Assembly (NCBI GenBank): GCA_014190535.1 | Contig: BJGO01000002.1 | Span: 1 to 45,600, forward strand | DNA length: 45,600 nt | Direction: 5' to 3' | DNA from: Bacteroidota bacterium | GTDB taxonomy: Bacteria; Bacteroidota; Bacteroidia; Chitinophagales; UBA10324 | Part shown: piece by piece, positions 27,455 to 37,052 of the stretch | How the letters are laid out: each line of letters opens with the position of its first letter | How positions within the stretch are numbered: the stretch's first letter is position 1 | Translations under genes and position numbers: made by a program | The notes under the pieces: model-generated | Database searches by the model: none | Told to the model about the DNA's origin: nothing | The model's input: only the letters and a program-made list of their open reading frames with translations

Positions 27455-29317
27455 ATGAATCAATTTATGAAAGCACTATTTCCTGTAATCGGTTTGGTTT
27501 TTATATCAATGCTGAGCACAGCACAAATCAGTAAAAAATCCTTTCTCATGCAACCGGCGGGGGTAAGCACTCCAGCCAATGTTTCAGCAGATTGGAATCC
27601 GGTATTGCTTAATCTCGAAATGCCTGAGCCTGATGGTGGCGCTGATGAACTGATCAAGGAAAGGGCGAGAGAACTGGCCGACTCCCTTTACGGATCGGTA
27701 ACCCACGAAAAAAAATCACAGAGTAATCGATCTATATCAAAACCGATTATGGGTAATAATTTCTACGGCAACCCTTACAACTACTCTGTACCTAATGACA
27801 ATGATGTGGCAGTTTCCAACGACAATAAGGTGGTATCGGTAATTAATTCATCACTTCGCATTTATGACTTGAATCTTGATACCGCCTATCCTGCAATTTC
27901 ATTATTTACTTTTTTTGGCGCACTGGGATTACCCAACGAGCATTTCGATCCCAAGGTTATATACGACCCGCAAGCCGATCGATTTATTCTTATGTGTTTG
28001 AATGGCTTCACAGATTCCACTTCAAATATCGCTATTGCCTTTTCTCAGACCCCGGACCCAAGACAAAACTGGTCGCTTTATACGATCACCGGTAATCCCT
28101 ATAATGATACTCTTTGGACGGATTATCCTATGATAAGCATAACCGAACAACATGCATATATCACGGTGAATCTGTTGAAGAATGATGAATCGTGGCAGAC
28201 AGGTTTTGTGCGCACGATTGTATGGCAGCTCGATAAATCAGATGCATACAGTGGGGCACCATTGAACAGCACCTTATACGGCAACTTTGATTTTAATAAC
28301 AGGAATATTCGTAATATGTGTCCGGTCAGAAACGGAAATGAATTATTCAGCGGCACGATGTATTTTCTTTCCAACAGAAATTTTGCGGTGAGCAGTGATT
28401 CCATCTTTTTAATTTCTATGCCTGATGTACTGAATGCAGATACGTCAATGATTGACGTATCACTGCTACGTGCAAGCACGGCATATCATGTTCCACCGGA
28501 TGCCAAACAAACGGCACCACGTATTCTGCAAACCAATGATGCCCGTATTCTTGGTGCGTTTAAACATAATAACCGAATTCAGTTTGTTTCCAATACCAGA
28601 GATACCGTGCTAAACAAGGCCGCCTGTTACCACGGTGTTATTGATTTGATGTCAGCTAATCCTGAGTTTCCGGCATACATCATTACTAACGATACCGTAG
28701 AGTATGGATATCCTAACATTGCTTATGCCGGTACTAATAATGATGATCATACTGCCATTATAGGTATTAATTATACTGCGGCAGATATTTTTCCTGCCTG
28801 CGGCGCAATCAGCACCGATGCAATAGGAAATTACTCTGATTTATTGACTATTCGAAAAGGAGATAATTACATTAGTGTACTCTCCGGAGGTAATCAGCGA
28901 TGGGGCGATTATAGCGGGGCACAAAGAAAGTATAATCAGAATGGCGTGGTGTGGTTGGCGCTTACGTATGGTAGCCAATCCAAGAAGCCGAATACCTGGA
29001 TTGCTGAACTGAGCTTACAACCTTTTTCGGGAGTGGCTGATGAACGGCACACCATTAATGAACAAGTTGTTTATCCCAGCCCTGCACAACAGACTATTTT
29101 TTGCTCATTTCGTGTTCAGCAAGAAGCCTCACTCAATTTTAGAATAGTTGATCTGAATGGTCGTTTTGTTCAGGACATTTTCAATGAACGGGCATTACCG
29201 GGTTTGAATACTTTTTCCTTTAATACCGCCTCATTACAAAACGGCAACTCCATACTTGTTATTATGAATGCATATGGTAGTCCTTTAATAGCTACTCCTT
29301 CTACCATACAGAAATAG
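27455..29317 (+). CDS. T9SS-secreted protein, unknown function
   Basis: Signal peptide MNQFMKALFPVIGLVFISMLSTAQ (ATG 27455 preferred over 27419). No recognisable catalytic motif. C-terminal sorting domain VVYPSPAQQTIFCSFRV...FRIVDLNGRFV.... Confidence 0.65.
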   Translation: MNQFMKALFPVIGLVFISMLSTAQISKKSFLMQPAGVSTPANVSADWNPVLLNLEMPEPDGGADELIKERARELADSLYGSVTHEKKSQSNRSISKPIMGNNFYGNPYNYSVPNDNDVAVSNDNKVVSVINSSLRIYDLNLDTAYPAISLFTFFGALGLPNEHFDPKVIYDPQADRFILMCLNGFTDSTSNIAIAFSQTPDPRQNWSLYTITGNPYNDTLWTDYPMISITEQHAYITVNLLKNDESWQTGFVRTIVWQLDKSDAYSGAPLNSTLYGNFDFNNRNIRNMCPVRNGNELFSGTMYFLSNRNFAVSSDSIFLISMPDVLNADTSMIDVSLLRASTAYHVPPDAKQTAPRILQTNDARILGAFKHNNRIQFVSNTRDTVLNKAACYHGVIDLMSANPEFPAYIITNDTVEYGYPNIAYAGTNNDDHTAIIGINYTAADIFPACGAISTDAIGNYSDLLTIRKGDNYISVLSGGNQRWGDYSGAQRKYNQNGVVWLALTYGSQSKKPNTWIAELSLQPFSGVADERHTINEQVVYPSPAQQTIFCSFRVQQEASLNFRIVDLNGRFVQDIFNERALPGLNTFSFNTASLQNGNSILVIMNAYGSPLIATPSTIQK

Positions 29318-29346
29318 CTATTTCATATAGGTAAGCGGAGTGCAAA

Positions 29347-30072
29347 TTATTTAGTATTTAGTTGCTGTAACAACTCCTCTTTAGAAGTAAAGCCAACCTT
29401 ACTCCAGGCGAGTTGATTGTTTTGATAAAGTTGTAAGACGGGCAGTGCATCGATTCCTAATTCTTTGAGAAGAGTCGTATGTTCATCGGCATTAATGCGG
29501 ATGATACTAACAGAATCGCTCATCGATACACTAAGTTCATCGATATAGGGTTTCATCTTCTTGCAAGGCGCACACCAGTCAGCATAAAAATTAATAAGTA
29601 CACGTTTGTCTGAAACCAGTAATTTGTTAAAATCATCACGACTCATACTTTCGGTTAGTTTGGATTCATTTGTAACTTCAGGAAGGCCTGACGCACGCCA
29701 TTTCATGATCCCCCCTTGTAATTCATACACCTCCTTAAAACCTTCCAAACGCATTTTTGAAGCGGCCGACGAACTACGTCCTCCACTCAGGCAATAAACA
29801 AATACCGGTTTGTTTTTATCAATCATCGATATGTTCGTCATAAAATCATCACTGTTCCAGTTAATATTTATTGCATTCGGTAAATGACCTTTAACAAATT
29901 CTTCCTCGGTTCGCACATCAATAACAGATGCTTCGGGCATTTTTGAAATTTTATCAGAAAAAGCCCGGGCTTCGAGGCTCATGTTGCCTGAATTTGACTG
30001 GCCATTACTGCAACTGTAATAAAATAAGATAGCAAGTAAGGTTAAGTATCTGAATTGGAAAAGAGATTTCAT
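29347..30072 (-). CDS. Rhodanese-thioredoxin fusion lipoprotein
   Basis: Start at MKSLFQFRYLTLLAILFYYSC (lipobox-like). Rhodanese has VIDVRTEEEFVKGHLPNAINI and active-site loop YCLSGGRS. Thioredoxin has FYADWCAPCKKM. The track's 5' extension to 30192 overlaps the upstream gene and was rejected. Confidence 0.8.
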   Translation of the reverse strand: MKSLFQFRYLTLLAILFYYSCSNGQSNSGNMSLEARAFSDKISKMPEASVIDVRTEEEFVKGHLPNAININWNSDDFMTNISMIDKNKPVFVYCLSGGRSSSAASKMRLEGFKEVYELQGGIMKWRASGLPEVTNESKLTESMSRDDFNKLLVSDKRVLINFYADWCAPCKKMKPYIDELSVSMSDSVSIIRINADEHTTLLKELGIDALPVLQLYQNNQLAWSKVGFTSKEELLQQLNTK

Positions 30073-30100
30073 AAACGATTTATTTGGTGCTACAAAGGTA

Positions 30101-31714
30101 CTATGCCGGTTTAAATTCATTCGCGGCATTGAGTAATGCCTTGTGTGCCGAATAAACCTCGCGATAAATATTAAGTAGGGATGAAACTTCAATTTCAGAG
30201 ATATGCCCCTGATGCAACAGATTTAAAGCACGCTGCACCATATGGTCGTATCTGGATTTATTTGTTTCTTCTTCTTTAGTAGAACCAGCCGGATCCGTCT
30301 TAAAATTTTTCTCTATTGATGCAGTAAAGAGGTCTTCACTATCCTGTAATAATTGGTATTCTCTATATAAGTAATCATTAGAGGATGTTTTTAATTCAAT
30401 AATATTATGCCGTATATCCTTAATGTTTTTTGCCGCACGTAGAATATTTTTTGCAATATCGATTGCATCGATCACCCGGGAGGCATAGTCCTGATCATCA
30501 GTATGAGAAGTCGCTTCTATACAAAATTTCATTAGCTCACCGTGGAGTAGTTTTAACCGATCATAATGTTCTTCATAAGTAGCTTTGTTTGTGCCTCGTA
30601 TCGAATCAAATAATGATAGCTGTCGTTCCTCCGTTTCAAGATCAAATGTCTTGCGGTGTAAGATTATAGTCTCATTGAGAAAATAATTTAACTCTTTTTG
30701 CAGCATACTCATTGCCCCATCACTTTCTTCAGGATTTACTTTGTGCAGATACTTTGTTACTACTTCGTTATCGTTTGTTTTAATGCTTAGTTGAAGCCAA
30801 TCAACAAAACGATTGGAGAAAGGATAAAACGAAATAATAGCAACCAGATTAATGCCGCTTTGGAATAGCACCAGTGCAATGAGGGGATCGCTAACTTGGA
30901 GCTTTATTGTGATCCAATGCGTCAGGGGATAAAGCAGTACAGAAGAAATCAAGAGCGTATAACTATTAAAATAAAAATTTCCATAAGCTAAACGTTTCTT
31001 ATCTGTTTTTCCGGTATATCCGCTAATGATTACTTTAATGGTAGTACCCAGTTCGGAGCCGATAATTAATCCGGCGGCATGCATAAACTCAAAACTACCG
31101 GCGTATAGTGCAGTAAGTACGATAGCCATCATAGCAGAACTACTTTGCACCAGAGCCGTTAGTATAAAACCAATAGGTATAAATAGATACGGGGATAATT
31201 GTTTTATAGTATTAAAATCAAAATAATTAACAACAATAACCGCACTTGATTTCATCCATTCAATACCGATAAAAATCAGCGAGAATCCGAATGTAAGGGA
31301 CAGTATTTTTTTTGCAATACGATTTCGTGGAATAAGGAAACCCAATAGTGAAAGCCCGAGAATGGGATAGGTAATGTATTCCAGATTCAATTTAAATCCC
31401 AATAATGCGATGAACCAGCTACTGAGCGTTGATCCAAGATTGGCGCCCATGACTACATGAAAAGCCTGCTTCACACTTAAAATGCCGGCACCGACAAATG
31501 AGAGTACCGTTAAGTTAACTACAGAACTGCTTTGAAGTAGGGCAGTAATAATAAGTCCACCGCCTATCGCTTTTATTTTGGATGCTGTTTGTTTCTCGAG
31601 AAATTTTTTGAAGGGTCTGCCTGCCAGATGATTTAAAGCATCCTCAAATTGACTCAGCGCAAAGATGAATACCGCCAATCCACCCAGAAAATGCCACATA
31701 GTCAACGCATCCAT
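30101..31714 (-). CDS. Na+/phosphate cotransporter family protein (NptA-like with PhoU-like C-terminal domain)
   Basis: Duplicated GANLGST / GSELGTT motifs in a polytopic N-terminal half. The C-terminal half is helical and PhoU-like. Length is 537 aa. Confidence 0.85.
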   Translation of the reverse strand: MDALTMWHFLGGLAVFIFALSQFEDALNHLAGRPFKKFLEKQTASKIKAIGGGLIITALLQSSSVVNLTVLSFVGAGILSVKQAFHVVMGANLGSTLSSWFIALLGFKLNLEYITYPILGLSLLGFLIPRNRIAKKILSLTFGFSLIFIGIEWMKSSAVIVVNYFDFNTIKQLSPYLFIPIGFILTALVQSSSAMMAIVLTALYAGSFEFMHAAGLIIGSELGTTIKVIISGYTGKTDKKRLAYGNFYFNSYTLLISSVLLYPLTHWITIKLQVSDPLIALVLFQSGINLVAIISFYPFSNRFVDWLQLSIKTNDNEVVTKYLHKVNPEESDGAMSMLQKELNYFLNETIILHRKTFDLETEERQLSLFDSIRGTNKATYEEHYDRLKLLHGELMKFCIEATSHTDDQDYASRVIDAIDIAKNILRAAKNIKDIRHNIIELKTSSNDYLYREYQLLQDSEDLFTASIEKNFKTDPAGSTKEEETNKSRYDHMVQRALNLLHQGHISEIEVSSLLNIYREVYSAHKALLNAANEFKPA

Positions 31715-31720
31715 GCTGAA

Positions 31721-32134
31721 TTACTTTTTTAACAGCACTCCGGCCATGAGCAGAATCCATCCTAATATAAAAAATATACCGCCTGCTGGTGTAATCAGAA
31801 AGAACCATTTTGGATAACTGATTTGCATGAGTTCCCGTGTAGCTGTAAGATAAAGAGAACCCGAAAAAAATAAAATACCGGTAACAAAGGATACAAAGGC
31901 ATAAGGTATCCGGTGTTTGCTATGAATAAATTGAAGCAGTATTCCGGTAATCAAAATAGCAAATGCATGATACATCTGATAACGCACCCCGGTATCAAAG
32001 CTATAGAACTGATCATCGGTTAGGTGGGGTTTTAGGTTATGTGAACCCATAGCACCAATAATTACTGCCGTGCAGGCGAAAAAAGCGCCTGTCAAAAATA
32101 TAGTTCGTTGAAGAGGTTGATTTGTGGAAAGCAT
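31721..32134 (-). CDS. DUF423 (YgdD/TMEM256-like) membrane protein
   Basis: 137 aa, 4 TM, GAMGSHNLKPHL motif. Confidence 0.75.
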   Translation of the reverse strand: MLSTNQPLQRTIFLTGAFFACTAVIIGAMGSHNLKPHLTDDQFYSFDTGVRYQMYHAFAILITGILLQFIHSKHRIPYAFVSFVTGILFFSGSLYLTATRELMQISYPKWFFLITPAGGIFFILGWILLMAGVLLKK

Positions 32135-32186
32135 GGTCCGTTATTCTATGACTGTGAAATTAGTTTTGCTCATTGACATTAAATAA

Positions 32187-34844
32187 TTGAATAAAAGAAA
32201 TATTTTCATAGTAAGTTTTATTATTGGGGTTATAGCCGTTGCTATTTACTTCTATGATATCATTTATTTGATCTCCGGTAAGGATATCCGATTCAGAGCA
32301 GTACCGGTGCATACAGCCTTTTTTACTGATTTGAGTCAGTGGGAGCAGATACAACAGCATGCTACAGAGGCCGGCTATTCCGAAACGATATCGAGGTTAA
32401 ACATACTGCTAAAGGTTAAGGAAACGGAACAATTACTCTTACAGTTGAAGGAACAAGATAATCTGATCTTGTCAGATCTTAAATCAGGACATCTCATTTT
32501 CTCCTATCACGTCACAAAACCGGGTTATCTGGAATCTCTGATGATTCTTGAACTGGATCAGGCCGATGAATCCATACTAAAGGATATGATGGAGAATCAA
32601 ACTAAATTCCGAACCGATAAACGTATGGTTCGTAGTGAGCCCGTATGGGATATCAGTATGGGTGATGCTACGATGCGATGGACCATCACTCAATCCCATG
32701 GCCTGCTATTGATGAGTAAGGATCCGGCACTGGTTGAAGATGGACTCTTACAATTGAAGGATAACATCTCGGTATTTAAAGATGGCACCTTCAAAGCACT
32801 TGATAATAGTAACAAGGCATATGTTAATGTTTATTATCATCTAACTAATATGAGTTCAGCCGCACAAGCTTATGCAGATAAAGCGGCATATATCTATTGT
32901 CAATCATTAAGTCGCTTTGCTGACTGGATGGCACTTAACCTTACTTTATCCAATAAGGGTGTTGCCCTGAATGGATATTGTACAACCAGCCAAAAGGAGC
33001 TTCGACTGCTGAACGACTATTCTTTCGACAACATACAAAAAAACCAGGCTCTATATCAGAAGCCGGATAATACGGCCCTGCTTCTGAGTGCAGTTATACA
33101 TCAACCAGACGCAAATGAAAAACCTGATACGATCCCTCTATTGAAGTCGAAGAATTATAAAAAGTTTATGGCTCCCTGGTTTGATGAGGAGGCATCGTAT
33201 ATTTTGACAGAGCCAGTGGGGAAACAATATGATGCTTATAGTTTACTATTCCTTAAATCAAAATTGAACAGCAATCCGTTAAATGCATTAAAGCCTTTAA
33301 TGCTGGCAACTGACGATCAGGGTAATACACTTCCTCAGAATTATAAGGGATATCGAATTGGTAAATTAAATAAGGCCGGCTGGTATAGTATGATTCTGCC
33401 TAATCCATTTGTAGAGTTTACATCACCTTATGTAGTAATTACCAAAGATTATGTCGTGCTTGCTGAATCTTTAACACAAATTAAATTATACATTGAACGG
33501 TTAATTGATAATAAAACGCTCGATAAAACCCTTACTGTTGATATAGACTCTAAATGGCAAAATAATTCCAACTACACGGTTTATTCGTCATTGCCTTTAC
33601 TGAATGATTTTGTAAGTAATAGTCTCGGTCGCGATTATGCTGATGCCTTTATGTCGGAGTATAATTTGTTTTCTGCGTGGTCCCCGCTGTTGCTGAATTT
33701 CAAGTTTGAGTCGAAAGGTTTATTTCAGGTGACTGGTGTCTTATTATCTAATCCTAAATCCACGGAAGTTCATTCAGCCTATTTATGGAAAACCGAGTTG
33801 GATACCACGGCCATCTCATCGGCATATGTTGTATGGGATGAGGTGCAGCGAGAAAAGCGCATACTGGTTCAGGATGCCGCGCTCAATCTGTATATGTTTA
33901 ACCGTGCCGGAGATGTATTATGGAGAAATAAACTTGAAGCACCATTAACGGGCGGCATTTCTAATATTGACTTTTATAATAGCAATAAGAAACAAATAGT
34001 TTTTGCAACAGAGAATAAGATTTATGTAATGGATGATCAAGGCAATCATCTGCCTAATTTCCCCATTACCATTCCGTCAAGAGCAATTGTCCCGTTGAGT
34101 GTGATTGATCCTGATGGAAACAACAACTACCTCTACTTCGTTGGTTGTGAAAATGGCTATGTGTATGGCTATGAGAAGGGTGGACGTCCGCTGAGTGGAT
34201 GGAATCCTAATCCGGATGGAAAAAATGTAACCCTTCCTGTTTCATATTTCCGGCATAATGGGAAAGAATTTTTCATGCTCACGACTAACTACGGAGCCCT
34301 ACGTTTTTATTCCCGAAATGGTACGCCATTATATGAAGAGCTAACCACAGGGGCTATGCTGAAGCGTCCGTTCATCAGTATTCCGGGAAAAGGTTATGTT
34401 ACTGCTGATGCCTTTGGCGACACCTATTTCCTGAATTATGAAGGTAAAATCAACAAAGGCAATTCACCGATGGATGACTGCACCGATGCCATCATCACAA
34501 TGTTCACTTCAAAGGATTTTGCTGATTTAATCTGCGTGAACACCGGGCGGATCGCTGTTTATCGATACGACTCCAGCGAGGTACTGTCTTATTCGTTTAA
34601 AAATGCATTAACATCACCAAAATGTAATGTACTTACCGGCAGTGAATCTCAACGTTGTATTCTGATTGAAGATCAGGATAACATATTACCGATTAGCACA
34701 ACAGGAAAATCGGCGAGACATTTTCCTAAAAAGGGGAAAGGATTGTTTGCCATTACTGATTTATACAATAATGGTCGCGATGTTCTTGTTGGATTTACTG
34801 ACCAGCAGACCCTCATTGCCTATCCGATTGATTGGGAAGATTGA
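32187..34844 (+). CDS. Large membrane-anchored protein with C-terminal beta-propeller-like repeats, unknown function
   Basis: TTG start directly after an in-frame TAA. N-terminal TM IFIVSFIIGVIAVAIYFY. The C-terminal third holds repeated strands of the type LYMFNRAGDVLWRN / IYVMDDQGNHLPNFP / YVYGYEKGGRPLSGWN / LRFYSRNGTPLYEE. Confidence 0.55.
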   Translation: MNKRNIFIVSFIIGVIAVAIYFYDIIYLISGKDIRFRAVPVHTAFFTDLSQWEQIQQHATEAGYSETISRLNILLKVKETEQLLLQLKEQDNLILSDLKSGHLIFSYHVTKPGYLESLMILELDQADESILKDMMENQTKFRTDKRMVRSEPVWDISMGDATMRWTITQSHGLLLMSKDPALVEDGLLQLKDNISVFKDGTFKALDNSNKAYVNVYYHLTNMSSAAQAYADKAAYIYCQSLSRFADWMALNLTLSNKGVALNGYCTTSQKELRLLNDYSFDNIQKNQALYQKPDNTALLLSAVIHQPDANEKPDTIPLLKSKNYKKFMAPWFDEEASYILTEPVGKQYDAYSLLFLKSKLNSNPLNALKPLMLATDDQGNTLPQNYKGYRIGKLNKAGWYSMILPNPFVEFTSPYVVITKDYVVLAESLTQIKLYIERLIDNKTLDKTLTVDIDSKWQNNSNYTVYSSLPLLNDFVSNSLGRDYADAFMSEYNLFSAWSPLLLNFKFESKGLFQVTGVLLSNPKSTEVHSAYLWKTELDTTAISSAYVVWDEVQREKRILVQDAALNLYMFNRAGDVLWRNKLEAPLTGGISNIDFYNSNKKQIVFATENKIYVMDDQGNHLPNFPITIPSRAIVPLSVIDPDGNNNYLYFVGCENGYVYGYEKGGRPLSGWNPNPDGKNVTLPVSYFRHNGKEFFMLTTNYGALRFYSRNGTPLYEELTTGAMLKRPFISIPGKGYVTADAFGDTYFLNYEGKINKGNSPMDDCTDAIITMFTSKDFADLICVNTGRIAVYRYDSSEVLSYSFKNALTSPKCNVLTGSESQRCILIEDQDNILPISTTGKSARHFPKKGKGLFAITDLYNNGRDVLVGFTDQQTLIAYPIDWED

Positions 34845-36035
34845 TTAGGAATTCTTGAAAGGGTGTCTATCCTTAAGGTTGAGTTCAGTGGTATGCTGAA
34901 AACGCGCTTTAAGTTTTGTGTAAATCCATTTAGATAGCGATGAGCTGAAAGAAATATAACTTTTAAATGCAACGGGTTCAGCCCCCACAACAGCCTTGGC
35001 CTCTCTGGCGGTTCGACCTAACTCAAGGCATGCTGTTTTGTGATCGATAGCTCGGCTGATACCATCAAATAATATATTGAAATACAGATAGTGTTTTTTG
35101 TTTAGCTCATAATCCACCCCGATATAATGCAATTCGTTACTATGATGTTGTATGAAATAGGTTGAAAAGGCAACCATGCGATTCTCAATAAAATATCCGA
35201 AGAACTGAAAGGAGTCAGGCTTATGCCGTTTCATCTCATAGAAATAACGGGCGTCAGGAATTCCGAGTCGTATATTCTGTTTTTGTACTACCTGATTAAA
35301 CAAGGTGTTAATCACTGTTGATTGCGAATGTATCTGATCGGCTGATAAATTGATGCGTTCCAATTCAGTTGCCGCTTTCAGGATTTTCCTTGCACGCTGC
35401 GCATACTTATGCTTTAAAGAGGCGATGTAATCATTCAGACTGTTCCATTCAGAGCGAATTGGCATCGTCATGGTGACATCATCGTTGAAAGCCTGAAATT
35501 CACTTTTATTGAAGTAGTTTTCAAGTATGCTGTCAACATCCTTAAAGATGAGCTCACATTTTTTAGAGATGCGCATGATCTCCGCAGCACCTTTTTTTAG
35601 TAATTCACCTTTTTTAATAGGATCATATTGCTCGTTTGCAAAATAATAACCCGGAGCATTTACAGAGAAAAGAGATCCGCAGATTAACATCCGGAAACGT
35701 TCACCTACAACGTACTTTTCTAAATTTCGTAAAAGTACGTTTTGTTTCAGCACCGAATCAAAATATGCCGCACGGAATGGTAAATATTGAAAGTATTGAA
35801 CACCAATTAACTGCCTATGTTCATCCTCAATGGTTATGTAATAAAATTTAAACTGATTATGTAACGAATGTTGTATAGCGAGGAGTCGTTGATATTCCAG
35901 CGGGTGGCCTTCGGGAACTATGGATTGCCAGATTTCAGCAACAACTTCAATGTTTTCATGCACTTTTATTACCGTATCAAGCGCGGTTAGATAAGGCGTT
36001 TTATCCGAAATTGTTTTGGAGCAAATACTAATCAC
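34845..36035 (-). CDS. FemAB-like/GNAT-fold acyltransferase family protein (function unknown)
   Basis: The C-terminal FGYFIENRMVAFSTYFIQHHSNELHYIGVDYE...YLYFNILFDGISRAI...LELGRTAREAK resembles the Acetyltransf_6/FemAB-like GNAT domain. GTG start overlaps the ltaE stop by 1 nt (TAGTG). Confidence 0.5.
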   Translation of the reverse strand: MISICSKTISDKTPYLTALDTVIKVHENIEVVAEIWQSIVPEGHPLEYQRLLAIQHSLHNQFKFYYITIEDEHRQLIGVQYFQYLPFRAAYFDSVLKQNVLLRNLEKYVVGERFRMLICGSLFSVNAPGYYFANEQYDPIKKGELLKKGAAEIMRISKKCELIFKDVDSILENYFNKSEFQAFNDDVTMTMPIRSEWNSLNDYIASLKHKYAQRARKILKAATELERINLSADQIHSQSTVINTLFNQVVQKQNIRLGIPDARYFYEMKRHKPDSFQFFGYFIENRMVAFSTYFIQHHSNELHYIGVDYELNKKHYLYFNILFDGISRAIDHKTACLELGRTAREAKAVVGAEPVAFKSYISFSSSLSKWIYTKLKARFQHTTELNLKDRHPFKNS

Positions 36036-37051
36036 TATAAATTTTTTAGTGCTTTAGTAACGGTGTTGAGCATATCATCGTTAAAATCCAGGTGAGTAAC
36101 CATACGTATTTGTTGTTTCCCGATGGAGAAGCAGTGAATATGTTGTTCTTTGAGCTTGCCAACCAAAACATCAGCAGGCATAGATTGGTTTAGTTCAAAT
36201 ATGATAATATTCGTCATTACTTCGAGTACATTGTTCACGTAAGTACATTCTTTAAGAACGGTCTCAATTTGTTTGGCTCTGTAATGATCTTCCTTTAACC
36301 GATGGATATGGTGGTCGAGTGCATAGATACCTGCTGCGGCGATGATTCCGGCCTGACGCATACCACCACCCATAACCTTACGGTATCGCCTGGCTTCAGA
36401 GATAAATGCAGATGACCCGGTGAGGACAGAACCAACCGGGCAACCAAGTCCTTTGCTTAAGCAAATGGAAATGCTGTCAAACATGGCTCCTATATCTGAT
36501 GTAGTTCCGCCTGTTTCAACCAGAGCATTAAACAGCCGGGCTCCATCAAGATGTATCTTCAATCCACTTTGATGAGCAGTTTGAGTTAGTTCATACAACT
36601 CACTCGTGGTATAATAACTTCCACCACCACGATTTGATGTATTCTCAACGCATACCAGTGATGTTCGTGCATGATGAAGGTTTATTGGATTTATATTCTC
36701 GGTAATGTCATTTGGTTTTATACGACCACGATTTCCCTGAACTAAGCGAACTGAAGCCAGAGAGTTAAAGGCTACTCCGCCGGCCTCGTAATAATAGATA
36801 TGATTTGATTTTTCAATAATGACCTCATCCATGGGTTTGGTATGCGTTTTTACTGCAATTTGATTGGTCATTGTGCCGCTCGGACAAAACAGGGCGGCCT
36901 CTTTGCCAAACATATGGGCCACTTTCTGTTCCAGTTCATTGATACTGGGGTCTTCGCCGAACACATCATCACCCAATTGGGCCTCCATCATAATGGATTT
37001 CATTGCCGCAGTTGGGCGGGTTACTGTATCGCTACGTAAATCGATAAACAT
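36035..37051 (-). CDS. ltaE: Low-specificity L-threonine aldolase
   Basis: N-terminal IDLRSDTVTRPT, GDDVFGEDPS and PLP-Lys region CLSKGLGCPVGS; 338 aa. Confidence 0.85.
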   Translation of the reverse strand: MFIDLRSDTVTRPTAAMKSIMMEAQLGDDVFGEDPSINELEQKVAHMFGKEAALFCPSGTMTNQIAVKTHTKPMDEVIIEKSNHIYYYEAGGVAFNSLASVRLVQGNRGRIKPNDITENINPINLHHARTSLVCVENTSNRGGGSYYTTSELYELTQTAHQSGLKIHLDGARLFNALVETGGTTSDIGAMFDSISICLSKGLGCPVGSVLTGSSAFISEARRYRKVMGGGMRQAGIIAAAGIYALDHHIHRLKEDHYRAKQIETVLKECTYVNNVLEVMTNIIIFELNQSMPADVLVGKLKEQHIHCFSIGKQQIRMVTHLDFNDDMLNTVTKALKNL

Positions 37052-37052
37052 A

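Noticed and set aside
28123-28479. 118-aa minus-strand ORF inside the 27455..29317 T9SS cargo gene
   Set aside because: It is antisense to a long ORF that has both a signal peptide and a C-terminal sorting domain, so it is most likely spurious.
30073-30192. 5' extension of the rhodanese-thioredoxin ORF (track start 30192)
   Set aside because: The extension overlaps the 3' end of the Na/Pi cotransporter gene by 92 nt and encodes a basic, non-signal-like peptide. The internal ATG at 30072 gives a clean lipoprotein-type signal.
32160-32360. 66-aa minus-strand ORF across the start of the 885-aa gene
   Set aside because: It overlaps the N-terminal TM-encoding region of the large gene on the opposite strand, and nothing supports it as a gene.
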